DNA of 51,679 bases from Elusimicrobiota bacterium (GCA_027340875.1 DAIENX010000084.1:1-51679), one strand, 5' to 3'. Positions 1-9,059 are shown, counted from the first letter of the stretch. A program made the numbers and translations. Notes: generated by a model not told the origin, from the sequence alone.

Positions 1-82
1 TCTTGCCGTCTTTGAGAAGCCCGAGAGTCGCGCACATCCACACCTTGAACTCTTTCGGGAGCATGTATTTCTGGACGTTCAT
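1..82 (-). CDS. 5' part of a hypothetical protein running off the window edge (MNVQKYMLPKEFKVWMCATLGLLKDGK...)
   Basis: ATG at 82 on minus strand preceded by AAGGAGG SD; open frame to window edge; promoter upstream. Confidence 0.6.
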   Translation of the reverse strand, partial: MNVQKYMLPKEFKVWMCATLGLLKDGK

Positions 83-119
83 AATGCCTCCTTGGGAAGA
101 CACGCTTACTGCTGGATAT

Positions 120-149
120 AGTATAGCATAGGATAGTATAGTTTGTCAA
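120..149 (-). promoter_or_regulatory. sigma70-type promoter (TTGACA, 18 nt, extended -10 TGcTATACT)
   Basis: Minus strand reads cTTGACAaactatactatcctaTGcTATACTata, upstream of the partial CDS at 82. Confidence 0.65.
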
Positions 150-277
150 GGGGTGGTTTTCCCCCCCTGCGGATAAACCTTGAAAAACAAGCACTTTTTT
201 CTCCCCCCTCTTCGGGCGGAATAGAGCAGTTAAGGCGGTTTCGCAATGAACGGCGTTAAATTGCTAGAATTTCCGGC

Positions 278-1081
278 ATGAAGAGACTGGTCTTTTGCCC
301 CGGCCGCACGCTGGTCTGCGGCATACTGAACGTCACCCCGGATTCGTTCTCGGACGGCGGCAAATGGAGCACCGCGGAAGCCGCCATAAACCACGCTTTT
401 GAGCTTGAAAAGCAGGGCGCGGACCTGCTGGATATAGGCGGCGAATCCTCCCGCCCGGGCAGCGCCCCTGTTACGCTGGAGGAGGAAACAAAACGGGTGC
501 TGCCGGTGCTGGAAGGGCTGGCCGGAAAGCTGAAAATACCGGTTTCGGTGGATACCTGCAAGCCGGAGCTGGCCGTTCTGGCGGTAAAGGCCGGGGCCGA
601 CATCATAAACGACATTACCGGCTTCAAAGACCCCGCCATGGTCCGGGCCGCGGCCGATACCGGCGCCGGCGCCATCGTCATGCACATGCAGGGCGAGCCG
701 CGCACCATGCAGGCCTCCCCCGCCTATAAGGACGTGGTGGGCGAGGTGAAGGCTTTCCTGGCCGACAGGGCCTCGGTTCTCGGCAAGGCCGGGGTGAAGG
801 ACATTATCCTGGACCCCGGCATAGGCTTCGGCAAGACGCTGGAGCATAACCTGGCGCTGATAGCGCGCCTTTCCGAGATACGCGCGCTCGGCTGCCCCGT
901 GATGCTGGGCGTCTCCCGCAAGAAGTTCATCGGCCTGCTGGCCGGCGGCGAGCCGGAGGAGCGCCTGTCCGGCACCATAGCCGCCTGCGTGGCCGGCGGC
1001 GCCGACATAATACGCGTGCACGACGTGGCCGAGTGCCGCCGGGCCATGCTGGTCGCCGACGCCATAAGGAGCGCGCGGTGA
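278..1081 (+). CDS. folP: dihydropteroate synthase
   Basis: GILNVTPDSFSDGG, DIGGESSRPG, ILDPGIGFGK, GVSRK, IIRVHDV motifs. Confidence 0.97.
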   Translation: MKRLVFCPGRTLVCGILNVTPDSFSDGGKWSTAEAAINHAFELEKQGADLLDIGGESSRPGSAPVTLEEETKRVLPVLEGLAGKLKIPVSVDTCKPELAVLAVKAGADIINDITGFKDPAMVRAAADTGAGAIVMHMQGEPRTMQASPAYKDVVGEVKAFLADRASVLGKAGVKDIILDPGIGFGKTLEHNLALIARLSEIRALGCPVMLGVSRKKFIGLLAGGEPEERLSGTIAACVAGGADIIRVHDVAECRRAMLVADAIRSAR

Positions 1082-2802
1082 GGGTGTACCTTTCGCTCGG
1101 CTCCAACGTGGGCGACCGCCTGGCCAACCTGGAGCGGGCGCTGGCCCTGCTGGAGGCTGGCGGCTGCAGGGCGGTCAGGAGATCCTCGGTATACGAGACC
1201 GCCCCGCTCTACTACCTCGAGCAGCCCGTTTTCTTCAATATGGCCGCGGCCTGCGAGACCGCGCTGTCCCCCGAAGCCCTGCTCGCGCTGGCCGGCCGCG
1301 TGGAGTCCGCGCTCAGGCGCCGGCGCGCCGTCCCCAACGGGCCCCGCACGATAGACGTGGACATACTTTTTTACGGCGGGCGCGTGATAAGCTCGGCGGG
1401 GCTGGAAGTCCCGCATCCGCGCCTGGCCGAGCGCGAGTTCGTGCTGGCCCCGCTGGCCGAGATAGCGCCGGGCATCAGGCACCCCGCCACGGGGCTTACC
1501 GCGGCGAAGATGCTCTCGTCGCTGAAGGAGCGCGGCGGGGCCCGGCGCCTGCCGCCCGACTACGCGCGGCTCGAGGACTGGCTGCGCGCCCTCCCCCCTC
1601 CCGCCGTGGACAGGCATTATTCCCTGAAGCCCATAAAGGCCGCGCTGGCCAGGCTGGACTACCCCGAAGAGCATATGGGCACCGTCGTGCACATCAGCGG
1701 CTCCACCGGCAAGACCAGCTCCGCCTCGATGGCGGCGGCGGCGCTCTCCGCCAACGGCTGGAGCACCGGTCTCTACACCAGCCCTCACGTGCGCTCGCTG
1801 AGGGAGCGGATAAAGGTCGACGGGCGCGAGATCCCCGGGAAGGACCTGCTGGCCTGCTTTTTGCGCGTGGAATCCGTCGCGGCGGGCGAGCTTTCGTTCT
1901 TCGAGACGCTGACGGCGATAGCCTTCCTCTACTTCTCGCTCAAAAAGACCCGCTTCGCGGTAGTGGAAGCGGGCCTCGGCGGCAGGCTGGACGCCACCAA
2001 CGCGGCGTCCGGCGCGGTGGCCGGAGTGACTTCGGTAAGCCTGGAGCACACGGTCCTGCTGGGGCCGCGCCTGCGCGACATCGCCTCGCACAAGGCCGGG
2101 ATAATCAAGAAGGGCGCGGCGGTCCTCGTCGGGGAAGGCGTGCCGGAGCAGGCCTGGCGGGTCATCCGGAGCAGCGCCGCCTCGGCCGGGGCCCGGGTTT
2201 ACAGGCCGATGGTCTGCGTGCTGCCCGGCCTGCGCGGCGCCGGCGCTTTCCAGCTCCCGAACGCGGCTTTCGCGCTGCGCGCGGCCTCGCTGGCGGCGGA
2301 GAAGGCCGGCCTCAGGTTCAGCCTGGCGCGCGGCGAAAGGGCGCTGCGCTCCTCCATACCGCCGGGGCGCTTCCAGCGGATAAGCGTGGCCGGCCGGCGC
2401 GTCGTCGTGGACGGGGCGCATAACGCCGAGGGCGTCGCCGCCCTGCTGAAGGAGTTCTCCGGCCGGCCGCCCGCGGTCTGCGTGGCGGCCTTCATGAGCG
2501 ACAAGGACGCCGGGCCGCTGGCGCGCGCGCTGGGCGCCGCGTCGTCGAAGCTGATACTCACCCGCTCGCTTTCGTACCGCTCCTCCCCGCCGGAGGCGGT
2601 GCGCCGCCTGCTGCCGGAGCCGCTGCGCTCCTCGGTCATCGCCGTAGAGGACCCGGTGGCGGCCCTGCGCCGCGCGCTGAAGCTGGCGCCGCCAGGCGCC
2701 ACGGTGCTGGTGGCCGGCAGCCTCTACCTGGCCGGCGACGTGCTGGCCTGGCTGAAGGGCGGCCGCGTCTTCCACCCGCCGGAAATGCTGGTAAAAAGCT
2801 GA
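1078..2802 (+). CDS. folK-folC: fused 2-amino-4-hydroxy-6-hydroxymethyldihydropteridine diphosphokinase (FolK) / folylpolyglutamate-dihydrofolate synthase (FolC)
   Basis: N-term YLSLGSNVGDR...GPRTIDVDIL...PHPRLAEREFVL (HPPK); C-term GSTGKTS, YTSPH, EAGLGGRLDATN, DGAHN, GSLYLAG (FolC). GTG start overlaps folP stop (GTGA). Confidence 0.92.
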   Translation: MRVYLSLGSNVGDRLANLERALALLEAGGCRAVRRSSVYETAPLYYLEQPVFFNMAAACETALSPEALLALAGRVESALRRRRAVPNGPRTIDVDILFYGGRVISSAGLEVPHPRLAEREFVLAPLAEIAPGIRHPATGLTAAKMLSSLKERGGARRLPPDYARLEDWLRALPPPAVDRHYSLKPIKAALARLDYPEEHMGTVVHISGSTGKTSSASMAAAALSANGWSTGLYTSPHVRSLRERIKVDGREIPGKDLLACFLRVESVAAGELSFFETLTAIAFLYFSLKKTRFAVVEAGLGGRLDATNAASGAVAGVTSVSLEHTVLLGPRLRDIASHKAGIIKKGAAVLVGEGVPEQAWRVIRSSAASAGARVYRPMVCVLPGLRGAGAFQLPNAAFALRAASLAAEKAGLRFSLARGERALRSSIPPGRFQRISVAGRRVVVDGAHNAEGVAALLKEFSGRPPAVCVAAFMSDKDAGPLARALGAASSKLILTRSLSYRSSPPEAVRRLLPEPLRSSVIAVEDPVAALRRALKLAPPGATVLVAGSLYLAGDVLAWLKGGRVFHPPEMLVKS

Positions 2803-2812
2803 AAAAAGGAAA

Positions 2813-2884
2813 TACCCCCACCAGGAATCGAACCTGGATTACCTGCTTAGAAGGCAGGTGCTCTATCCATTGAGCTATGGGGGC
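2813..2884 (-). tRNA. tRNA-Arg (anticodon TCT), CCA not encoded
   Basis: Minus strand GCCCCCATAGCTCAATGGATAGAGCACCTGCCTTCTAAGCAGGTAATCCAGGTTCGATTCCTGGTGGGGGTA folds as a cloverleaf. Confidence 0.96.
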
Positions 2885-2929
2885 GGCTGAGGGAGCCTAT
2901 TGCGGGTTCCCGGCTATATTCTACAAAAA

Positions 2930-3577
2930 TTAATCTCCGGCCGGGCCATCTTCACGTCGGACGCGCTCGAGGACCCGGCGGGCCAGCGAGTGAAGCTCGT
3001 CGTCGGCCAGCGCCAGCGTCTTCTTCTTCACCACGCGGGAGAAATATTCCCTTTCCGTCTTGGTCATCCGCTCCCCGCGCAGCCGCTTGAAGAAGAGCTG
3101 GGCCTGCCGCCGGGTGAAGATCCTCGAGAGAGAATCCTCCAGCGCGCGGCCGTCCGCCGCGCCGCGGAAGCAGAGCCGGAAGCTGTCCCTGAAGCTCCGC
3201 GGCGCTATGCGCAGCGCGCCGAGGTCCACCAGCTCGTCCCGGCCGAGCTTGTCCCTGAACGCCGTGACCATGCGGGACGGGAAGCCAGAGGAGAGCTTCC
3301 TGGCCCATTGGAATTTCAGCCCGAGGGCCTCGTAAAGGCCCAGCGAGACGAAGATCAGCATCTTGAGGAACTTCCGTTCCCCCTCCGGCAGGGCGCGGCT
3401 TACCGCGTCCAGGTCCAGCCCCCCTTCCGCGGCCGCGTTGGCCAGCATGGCGGGGAAGGCCGCCCAGTAGCGGGGGTCGCGGCTTTCAATGGCGGCCGCG
3501 AGGGTATTATTGGGGTCTGAGTCCTGCGGTTTCAGGCCTAGCTGAGCCGCGTGTATAGCGAGAATTTTTGAATCCAT
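2930..3577 (-). CDS. hypothetical protein with basic helical C-terminus (TKTEREYFSRVVKKK); possible DNA-binding or antitoxin-like
   Basis: 215-aa ORF starting right below an AT-rich promoter/operator region; function not established. Confidence 0.75.
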   Translation of the reverse strand: MDSKILAIHAAQLGLKPQDSDPNNTLAAAIESRDPRYWAAFPAMLANAAAEGGLDLDAVSRALPEGERKFLKMLIFVSLGLYEALGLKFQWARKLSSGFPSRMVTAFRDKLGRDELVDLGALRIAPRSFRDSFRLCFRGAADGRALEDSLSRIFTRRQAQLFFKRLRGERMTKTEREYFSRVVKKKTLALADDELHSLARRVLERVRREDGPAGD

Positions 3578-3578
3578 A

Positions 3579-3624
3579 TTGTATTTAATTATACAAAATA
3601 TTGTATTAAACCATACAATATTTT
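3579..3624. promoter_or_regulatory. tandem palindromic operator TTGTAT-N6-ATACAA x2 overlapping a -10 TATAAT
   Basis: Copies at 3579-3596 and 3601-3618 (22-bp period); second extends to a 12-bp inverted repeat; minus-strand TATAAT at 3593-3588. Confidence 0.75.
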
Positions 3625-3657
3625 AAAACAAAAACCCCTCGTTTCAGCGAGGGGTTT
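3625..3657 (-). terminator. intrinsic terminator after TPR lipoprotein gene
   Basis: Stem AAACCCCTCG/CGAGGGGTTT followed by T-rich tract on minus strand. Confidence 0.8.
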
Positions 3658-3676
3658 CTGCGGCTCCGGGCAGCGC

Positions 3677-4411
3677 TCAGCTGCCGCTCTTCTTTAGGCT
3701 CTGCAGTGTTTCGTTGAGCCGTGCCTTTACGGCCTTGCTGCTGGTGTATTTGAGGGCCTTCTCATAGTTGGCTATGGCCCCGCTCACGTCCTTGGACCTT
3801 TCCAGGCAATAGCCCAGGCCCAGATGCGCGTTGGAAAGATCGTTGCCGGTGACGCCCAGGTCGGAGGCTTTCTTTATGGCGGCTTCGAAGTACTCCGCCG
3901 CCTTGGCGGTGTCGCCGGCCCTGAGCGTCATAGCGCCTTCGCGCTCCAGGGCGTGTACGGCCCTCGGGTCTCCGGCCGGGATATACCCCAGCGCGGCGCG
4001 GTATTCGGCCGCCGCGGAGAGGTACTTCTTGCGGGCGGAGTATTTCCTGGCGGCGCTCAGGTGGAATTCCAGGTCCTTCCCGCCGGAGGCGGGAGCCGCG
4101 GGAACCGCGGCCGGCTCGGCCGGCTGGGCGGCGGCCGCCGGAGCGGCCGGAGGCGGGTCGGCCTTGGTCTGCTTGTCCTCTTCCGCGGCCGGCGGCGTAA
4201 CGGCCTTTTTCTCCGGGTGGGCGGCGGGGCGGGCGGCATCGGGGCCGTCGTTCTTGAGCGGGATGCCGGGCAGGGCGAAGGCCGGCGGCGCGCCTATGGC
4301 CTCGGTGCGCGGGTTCTCCACGGGCCGGGAGGCGGTATCCTGCCCCTTCCTGAACATCGCGCAGCCGGCCAGCAGCGCGGGGATAAGTACCGCGGTCAAT
4401 GCTTTCTGCAT
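3677..4411 (-). CDS. TPR-repeat lipoprotein with Pro/Ala-rich linker
   Basis: LLAGC lipobox; low-complexity linker; three TPR-like helical repeats (AHLGLGYCLE...AIANYEKAL). Confidence 0.85.
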   Translation of the reverse strand: MQKALTAVLIPALLAGCAMFRKGQDTASRPVENPRTEAIGAPPAFALPGIPLKNDGPDAARPAAHPEKKAVTPPAAEEDKQTKADPPPAAPAAAAQPAEPAAVPAAPASGGKDLEFHLSAARKYSARKKYLSAAAEYRAALGYIPAGDPRAVHALEREGAMTLRAGDTAKAAEYFEAAIKKASDLGVTGNDLSNAHLGLGYCLERSKDVSGAIANYEKALKYTSSKAVKARLNETLQSLKKSGS

Positions 4412-4489
4412 ATGGGGCTATGATACAAAAAAGAACCCGCTTGGTGAATCCCGGCACGGGCGTTCCCCGGGATTATATATAATTGAACG

Positions 4490-5302
4490 ATGGAGACGAG
4501 GTATATCGCCGCCCTGCCGGCGCTGCTGCTGGCCCTGTGCGCCTGCGGCGCCCGCTTCGGCGACGGGGCCGCGCTGGAAAAGCAGGGCCGCTGGCTGAAA
4601 GCGGCGGAGAAGTACCGCGCCTTCGCGCTCGCTAACCCCGCCGCCCCGGAAGCCCCGAAGGCCCTGCAGGCCGCGGCCGGGCTGTACGCGGTCAAGCTGG
4701 GGCTCTGCGCCGAGTCGAAGCCTCTGCTCGAGCGGCTGGCCCGCGAGTACCCGTCGTACAAGATGCCCGAGGACGTGTTCCGCAGCATCTTCATCTGCCC
4801 CGACTATTTCCCCGCCGCGCCGGGCTCGGAATGGGTGTACGGCGACTCCCAGACGCTGGGCAAGAACGCCAGGCAGGTGGCCGAGATCTCCACGGCCCCG
4901 GTCTCCGCGGCCGGCGCCGTTCTGAGGAGCGCGTTCTACGCCGGCGACCAGCTGGTCAGCTCGCAGGAAAAGGCCTACCGTTTCTCCGGGCTGAGGTTCC
5001 TGGAGCGCCAGGGCGGCGCTGATACGCCGGTGCTCTCCTACCCGCTCGAGGAGGGCAAGTCCTGGTCCGCTTCCGGACCGGAGGGGCGGCTGAGCTTCAG
5101 GGTGGAGGGTACCGGCCTCAGCGTGAAGGTGGGTGCCGGCGAGTTCCAGGACTGCGTGAAGATAAGCCGCAGGCCGGAAGGGCTCCCGTCGTGGATCTAC
5201 GAATATTACGCGCCGTGGACGGGCAAGGTCCTCACGTCCGTGGGCGGCAAGGGTTTCGAGAACAGGGTCACGGAGCTGCTGTCATATGAAAGGAAAAAAT
5301 AA
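4490..5302 (+). CDS. putative lipoprotein, N-terminal TPR-like helices plus beta-rich C-terminal domain
   Basis: Signal peptide LLLALCACG; C-terminal VKVGAGEFQDCVKI...EYYAPWTGKV beta pattern. Confidence 0.75.
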   Translation: METRYIAALPALLLALCACGARFGDGAALEKQGRWLKAAEKYRAFALANPAAPEAPKALQAAAGLYAVKLGLCAESKPLLERLAREYPSYKMPEDVFRSIFICPDYFPAAPGSEWVYGDSQTLGKNARQVAEISTAPVSAAGAVLRSAFYAGDQLVSSQEKAYRFSGLRFLERQGGADTPVLSYPLEEGKSWSASGPEGRLSFRVEGTGLSVKVGAGEFQDCVKISRRPEGLPSWIYEYYAPWTGKVLTSVGGKGFENRVTELLSYERKK

Positions 5303-6545
5303 CGGTTCCTCCCCGGAGCAGGGGCTGTTCGGGGATATCGCCACCGCGCCGGCCGCCAGGAAGGACGGGCTGCTTTTCTTCTCGTACTCGCGGATGTCGC
5401 TCTACGAGGAGTGCCCGCTCAAGTACAAGTTCAAGTACATAGACAAGATCAAGGAGGAGCCGAAGTACTACTTCGCCTTCGGCTCGAGCATACACAAGGC
5501 GCTGGAGTTCCTCTATTCCGTGAAGGCCCCCCCGTTCCCTACGGCGGAAGAGGTCTGCGAGGCGTTCCGCGCGGACTGGAACCTGAAGTCCTACCTGGAG
5601 AAGGGCTACCGCACGCAGGCCAAGGCCGACGACGACTACCAGAAGGGCCTCGCGATGCTGCGCGCCTACTACGAGCACAACCGCGCCGTCCTCAAGCCGC
5701 CGTTCCTGGTGGAGTACTCCACCGACGTGGCGGTGGACGGCCTGCTCGTCCGGGCCATCTCGGACCGCATAGACCACCTCGGGGACGGGCGGATGCTCGT
5801 GACCGACTACAAGACCGGCAAGGACGTGCGCCGGGAGCCGGCCCAGCTCTACATGTACCAGAAGATAATGGAGCTGGACCCGGGGCTCAAGGAGCGGATA
5901 GCCGAGAACTACGGCAAGCGCGTGGCCGAGGTCAGGATAGAGAAGATGCTCTATTATCACGTGCCGTCGAACAAGGAGTACCCGTTCGACCGCGCCTCCG
6001 ACTCCGAGATAGGCGGGTTCTGGGAGCGGGTGCTGGGCGTCGCGGAGAACATAAAGGGGCTGAAGTTCGGCGCTACCCCCGGCGAGCGGCAGTGCAAGTG
6101 GTGCGACTACAAGCACCTGTGCCCGGAATATTGCGGCGGCCACCCGGGCCGGACGGAGAGCGTCCCGGCCTCTTCCGAGAGGATAGAGGCGCTGGTGGAC
6201 CGCTACGGCCGGCTGAAGGAGAAGATGGACGAGATAAAGGCCCAGCTCGACGAGGTGGCGGCCGGCATAGCCCGCGCTGCGAAGAGCGGCGGGGCCTACG
6301 AGGGCGAGGCCTTCACCGCGCAGGTCACCAAGAGCCCTAAATGGGAGTTCCGCGACCGCGAGGCCGTGCTCGGGGTTCTCAACCAGTTCGACCTGTACCA
6401 GCGCGCGCTGAACGTCACCGTGGCCGGCATCAGCGGCCTGCTCGACAGCCCGGACATCTCCGACGAGGCCAGGCAGCGCCTGCTGGAGCACGCCGTCAAG
6501 AGGACGGCCGTGGATATAAAGGTGGCGAGGAAGCCGGGGACCTGA
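5286..6545 (+). CDS. PD-(D/E)XK RecB/AddB-like nuclease with Fe-S cysteines and C-terminal helical extension
   Basis: SYSRMSLYEECP, GSSIHKALE, DRID, DYKTG, QLYMY, CKWCDYKHLC motifs. Confidence 0.9.
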   Translation: MKGKNNGSSPEQGLFGDIATAPAARKDGLLFFSYSRMSLYEECPLKYKFKYIDKIKEEPKYYFAFGSSIHKALEFLYSVKAPPFPTAEEVCEAFRADWNLKSYLEKGYRTQAKADDDYQKGLAMLRAYYEHNRAVLKPPFLVEYSTDVAVDGLLVRAISDRIDHLGDGRMLVTDYKTGKDVRREPAQLYMYQKIMELDPGLKERIAENYGKRVAEVRIEKMLYYHVPSNKEYPFDRASDSEIGGFWERVLGVAENIKGLKFGATPGERQCKWCDYKHLCPEYCGGHPGRTESVPASSERIEALVDRYGRLKEKMDEIKAQLDEVAAGIARAAKSGGAYEGEAFTAQVTKSPKWEFRDREAVLGVLNQFDLYQRALNVTVAGISGLLDSPDISDEARQRLLEHAVKRTAVDIKVARKPGT

Positions 6546-6547
6546 GG

Positions 6548-8044
6548 ATGGCCGGAAGATTCATCATCGTTCTCGATCAGGGAAGCTCCAGCTCCCGCGC
6601 GCTAGCCCTGGACCCGGAAGGCAGCATCGCCGTCAAGGCTCAGCGCCGCCTGGAAGCCTCCTACCCGTCCCAGGGCCTGGCCGAGTACGACGCCGAGCAG
6701 CTCTACCGCTCGCAGGCCGACAGCCTGGACGAGGTGCTGAAGAAGCTCCCGCCGGGCTCCGAGCCGGCGGCGCTGGGCATAGCCTCCCAGCGCTCCACCA
6801 CGGTCTTCTGGGACAAGGTTACCGGAGCGCCGCTGGCCCCGGCGCTGAGCTGGCAGGACGGCCGCGCGCTGTCCGAGCTGGGCCGCGTGCAGCTCTCCAA
6901 TACCCGCATCCACGGCATGACCGGGCTCTACAAGACCCCGTATTACAGCGCCTCCAAGATCGCCTGGGCGCTGCAGAGCTTCCCAGCCGTGAAGGCCGCT
7001 GCCGCCGGCGGCAGGCTGCTGGCGGCCCCGGTGGCCTCCTACGTTATCTGGAGGCTTTCCGGCGGAAGTATATTCGCGGCCGACCCTTCCCTGGCGCAGC
7101 GCACGCTGCTTATGAACCTGCGCCGCCTCAAGTGGGAGCCGAAGCTGCTGTCGGCCTTCGGCGTGCCGCGGGAGATACTGCCGGAGATATGCCCCAGCTC
7201 GGGCGGGCTGGGCTTCGTGGAGCTCGGCGGGCGGCGCGTGCCGCTCACCGCGATGCTCGGGGACCAGCAGGCGGCCATGCTGGGCCTGGGCCTGGAGGCC
7301 CCTAACTCGGCCGCGCTGAACTACGGCACCGGCGCCTTCCTGCTGGTCAACACCGGCCGCAAGCCGCTCAAGGTCCGCGGCCTGCTGAACTCCTTCGGCT
7401 GGCAGCAGGGCGAGGGCCGCAAAGGCGTCTGCTATTTCACCGAGAGCACGGTCAATTCCGCCGGCACGGCGCTCGAGTGGCTGCGCCAGAGGTTCGGCCT
7501 GTTCGAGGACATCGGGGACGTGGACGGGATGTGCCGCAAGTCGAAGAACAGGCTGCACTGTCTTCCCGCCATCGGCGGGCTGGGCGCGCCGTACTGGGAT
7601 TTCACCACCTTCACCTCGTTCACCGGCTTTTCCGCGCATACCGACAAGTACGACGTCGTGCGCGGCGTCACCGAGGGCATAGCCTACATGGTGGCCGACG
7701 CCTTCGACCTGGTCAGGAAGAAGGGCATAAAGATAGAGGAGCTGAAGGTCTCCGGCGGCCTCTCCAGGATAGACTGGCTGCTGCAGTTCCAGGCCGACGT
7801 CACGGGGGTACGCATCTCCGCGTTGGAGGAGAGCGAGGCCACCGCTATCGGCACCGGCCTGGCCGCCGCGCGCGGGCTCGGGCTTTCCCCCTCCTGGACG
7901 CCGAAGGTCTCGGCCAGGGTCTTCTCGCCGTCCATAGGCGAGGAAGAGCGGCAGAAGCTGATACGCGGCTGGCGGGTCTTCGTGCGCGACATGCGCCGCA
8001 CCAGCCGCGACCTGCGCAAGCTGGACGTGCTGCCTCACTCCTGA
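6548..8044 (+). CDS. glpK: FGGY-family carbohydrate kinase, glycerol kinase-like
   Basis: LDQGSSSSRA, QRST, WQDGR, GDQQAA, YGTGAF, GLGAPYW, LLQFQAD; start taken at ATG 6548. Confidence 0.85.
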   Translation: MAGRFIIVLDQGSSSSRALALDPEGSIAVKAQRRLEASYPSQGLAEYDAEQLYRSQADSLDEVLKKLPPGSEPAALGIASQRSTTVFWDKVTGAPLAPALSWQDGRALSELGRVQLSNTRIHGMTGLYKTPYYSASKIAWALQSFPAVKAAAAGGRLLAAPVASYVIWRLSGGSIFAADPSLAQRTLLMNLRRLKWEPKLLSAFGVPREILPEICPSSGGLGFVELGGRRVPLTAMLGDQQAAMLGLGLEAPNSAALNYGTGAFLLVNTGRKPLKVRGLLNSFGWQQGEGRKGVCYFTESTVNSAGTALEWLRQRFGLFEDIGDVDGMCRKSKNRLHCLPAIGGLGAPYWDFTTFTSFTGFSAHTDKYDVVRGVTEGIAYMVADAFDLVRKKGIKIEELKVSGGLSRIDWLLQFQADVTGVRISALEESEATAIGTGLAAARGLGLSPSWTPKVSARVFSPSIGEEERQKLIRGWRVFVRDMRRTSRDLRKLDVLPHS

Positions 8045-8055
8045 ATCTCCGGAGT

Positions 8056-8099
8056 ACTAAAAAAAGGACGGACCCTTCAGGGGCCGTCCTTTTTTTAGT
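8056..8099. terminator. bidirectional intrinsic terminator
   Basis: A7-GGACGG...CCGTCC-T7 hairpin between convergent genes. Confidence 0.9.
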
Positions 8100-8112
8100 C
8101 CCCGGCGGAGCG

Positions 8113-9048
8113 CTAGCGTCCGTTGTCCTGCAGGAAGACCAGCGCTTCCATGGCCGCCTTGCAGCCCGCGCCGGCGGCTACCACGGCCTGCTTGTAGCGG
8201 GTGTCCATCACGTCCCCGGCGGCGTAGACGCCCGGTACCGAGGTGGCGGTCCTCTCGTCCGTCACGATGTAGCCCCCTTCGTCGAGCTTGAGCTTGCCCT
8301 CGAACAGGCGGGTGGACGGGGTGTGGCCGATGGCGACGAAGACCCCGGGCAGCTGCAGCGTGCGCGTCGCGCCGGTCTTCACGTTCTTCACCGTCAGCGC
8401 CTTCAGCCTGTCGTCGCCGAGGAACTCCTCGGGGGTATGGTCGTAGATCACTTCCACCTTCGGGTTCGACTTAACCTTCTCCTGCAGGCGGAAATTGGCG
8501 CGCAGCTGGTCGCGGCGGTGCACCAGGTACACCTTGGAGGCGAACTTGGTGAGGAACAGCGCGTCCTCCACGGCGGAATCCCCGCCGCCGATGACGGCCA
8601 CCTCCTTGCCGCGGAAGAAGAAACCGTCGCAGGTGGCGCAGCCGGAAACGCCTTTGCCTACGAACTTCTGCTCGGAGGGCAGGCCCAGCCACTTGGCCTG
8701 GGCCCCGGTGGCTATTATCAGGGCGCCCGCGGTATAGACCTTGCCGGCGCCGGCGGTGACCTTGAAGGGCCTGGCGGAGAGGTCCACGGCGGCGGCGTCC
8801 TCCTGGAACACCTTCGCGCCCAGGCGCGCCGCCTGCTTCAGCATGCCCTGCATCAGGTCGGCGCCGACGACCGGGTCGACGAAGCCGGGGAAGTTCTCTA
8901 TCTCGGTGGTCTGCAGCAGCTGGCCGCCGGGCGCCACGCCGCCGAAAAGGGCGCAGGAGGCGCCGCCGCGGGCCGCGTAGATCGCCGCGGTGAAGCCGGC
9001 GGGGCCGGAGCCGATGATGATGATGTCGTAATGGTTCTGTTCCGTCAT
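8113..9048 (-). CDS. trxB: thioredoxin-disulfide reductase
   Basis: IIGSGPAG, CATCDG, GGGDSA, HRRD, TSVPGVYAAGDV. Confidence 0.97.
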   Translation of the reverse strand: MTEQNHYDIIIIGSGPAGFTAAIYAARGGASCALFGGVAPGGQLLQTTEIENFPGFVDPVVGADLMQGMLKQAARLGAKVFQEDAAAVDLSARPFKVTAGAGKVYTAGALIIATGAQAKWLGLPSEQKFVGKGVSGCATCDGFFFRGKEVAVIGGGDSAVEDALFLTKFASKVYLVHRRDQLRANFRLQEKVKSNPKVEVIYDHTPEEFLGDDRLKALTVKNVKTGATRTLQLPGVFVAIGHTPSTRLFEGKLKLDEGGYIVTDERTATSVPGVYAAGDVMDTRYKQAVVAAGAGCKAAMEALVFLQDNGR

Positions 9049-9059
9049 GTCGTTCTACC

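Noticed and set aside
168..176. TGCGGATAA, one mismatch from a DnaA box
   Set aside because: Single degenerate copy, with no box cluster or dnaA context
724..2775. Long antisense or alternate-frame ORFs (e.g. 724-2775, 17222-19567, 20775-22673, 32949-34937)
   Set aside because: Shadows of real genes in high-GC DNA; no motifs, and they lie opposite clearly identified proteins
2813..3660. tRNA-Arg or tRNA-Ser as an integration site of an island
   Set aside because: No integrase, and no duplicated tRNA 3' end seen in the window
5286..6545. Cas4 / CRISPR interpretation of the Fe-S nuclease
   Set aside because: No repeat-spacer array or other cas genes in the window
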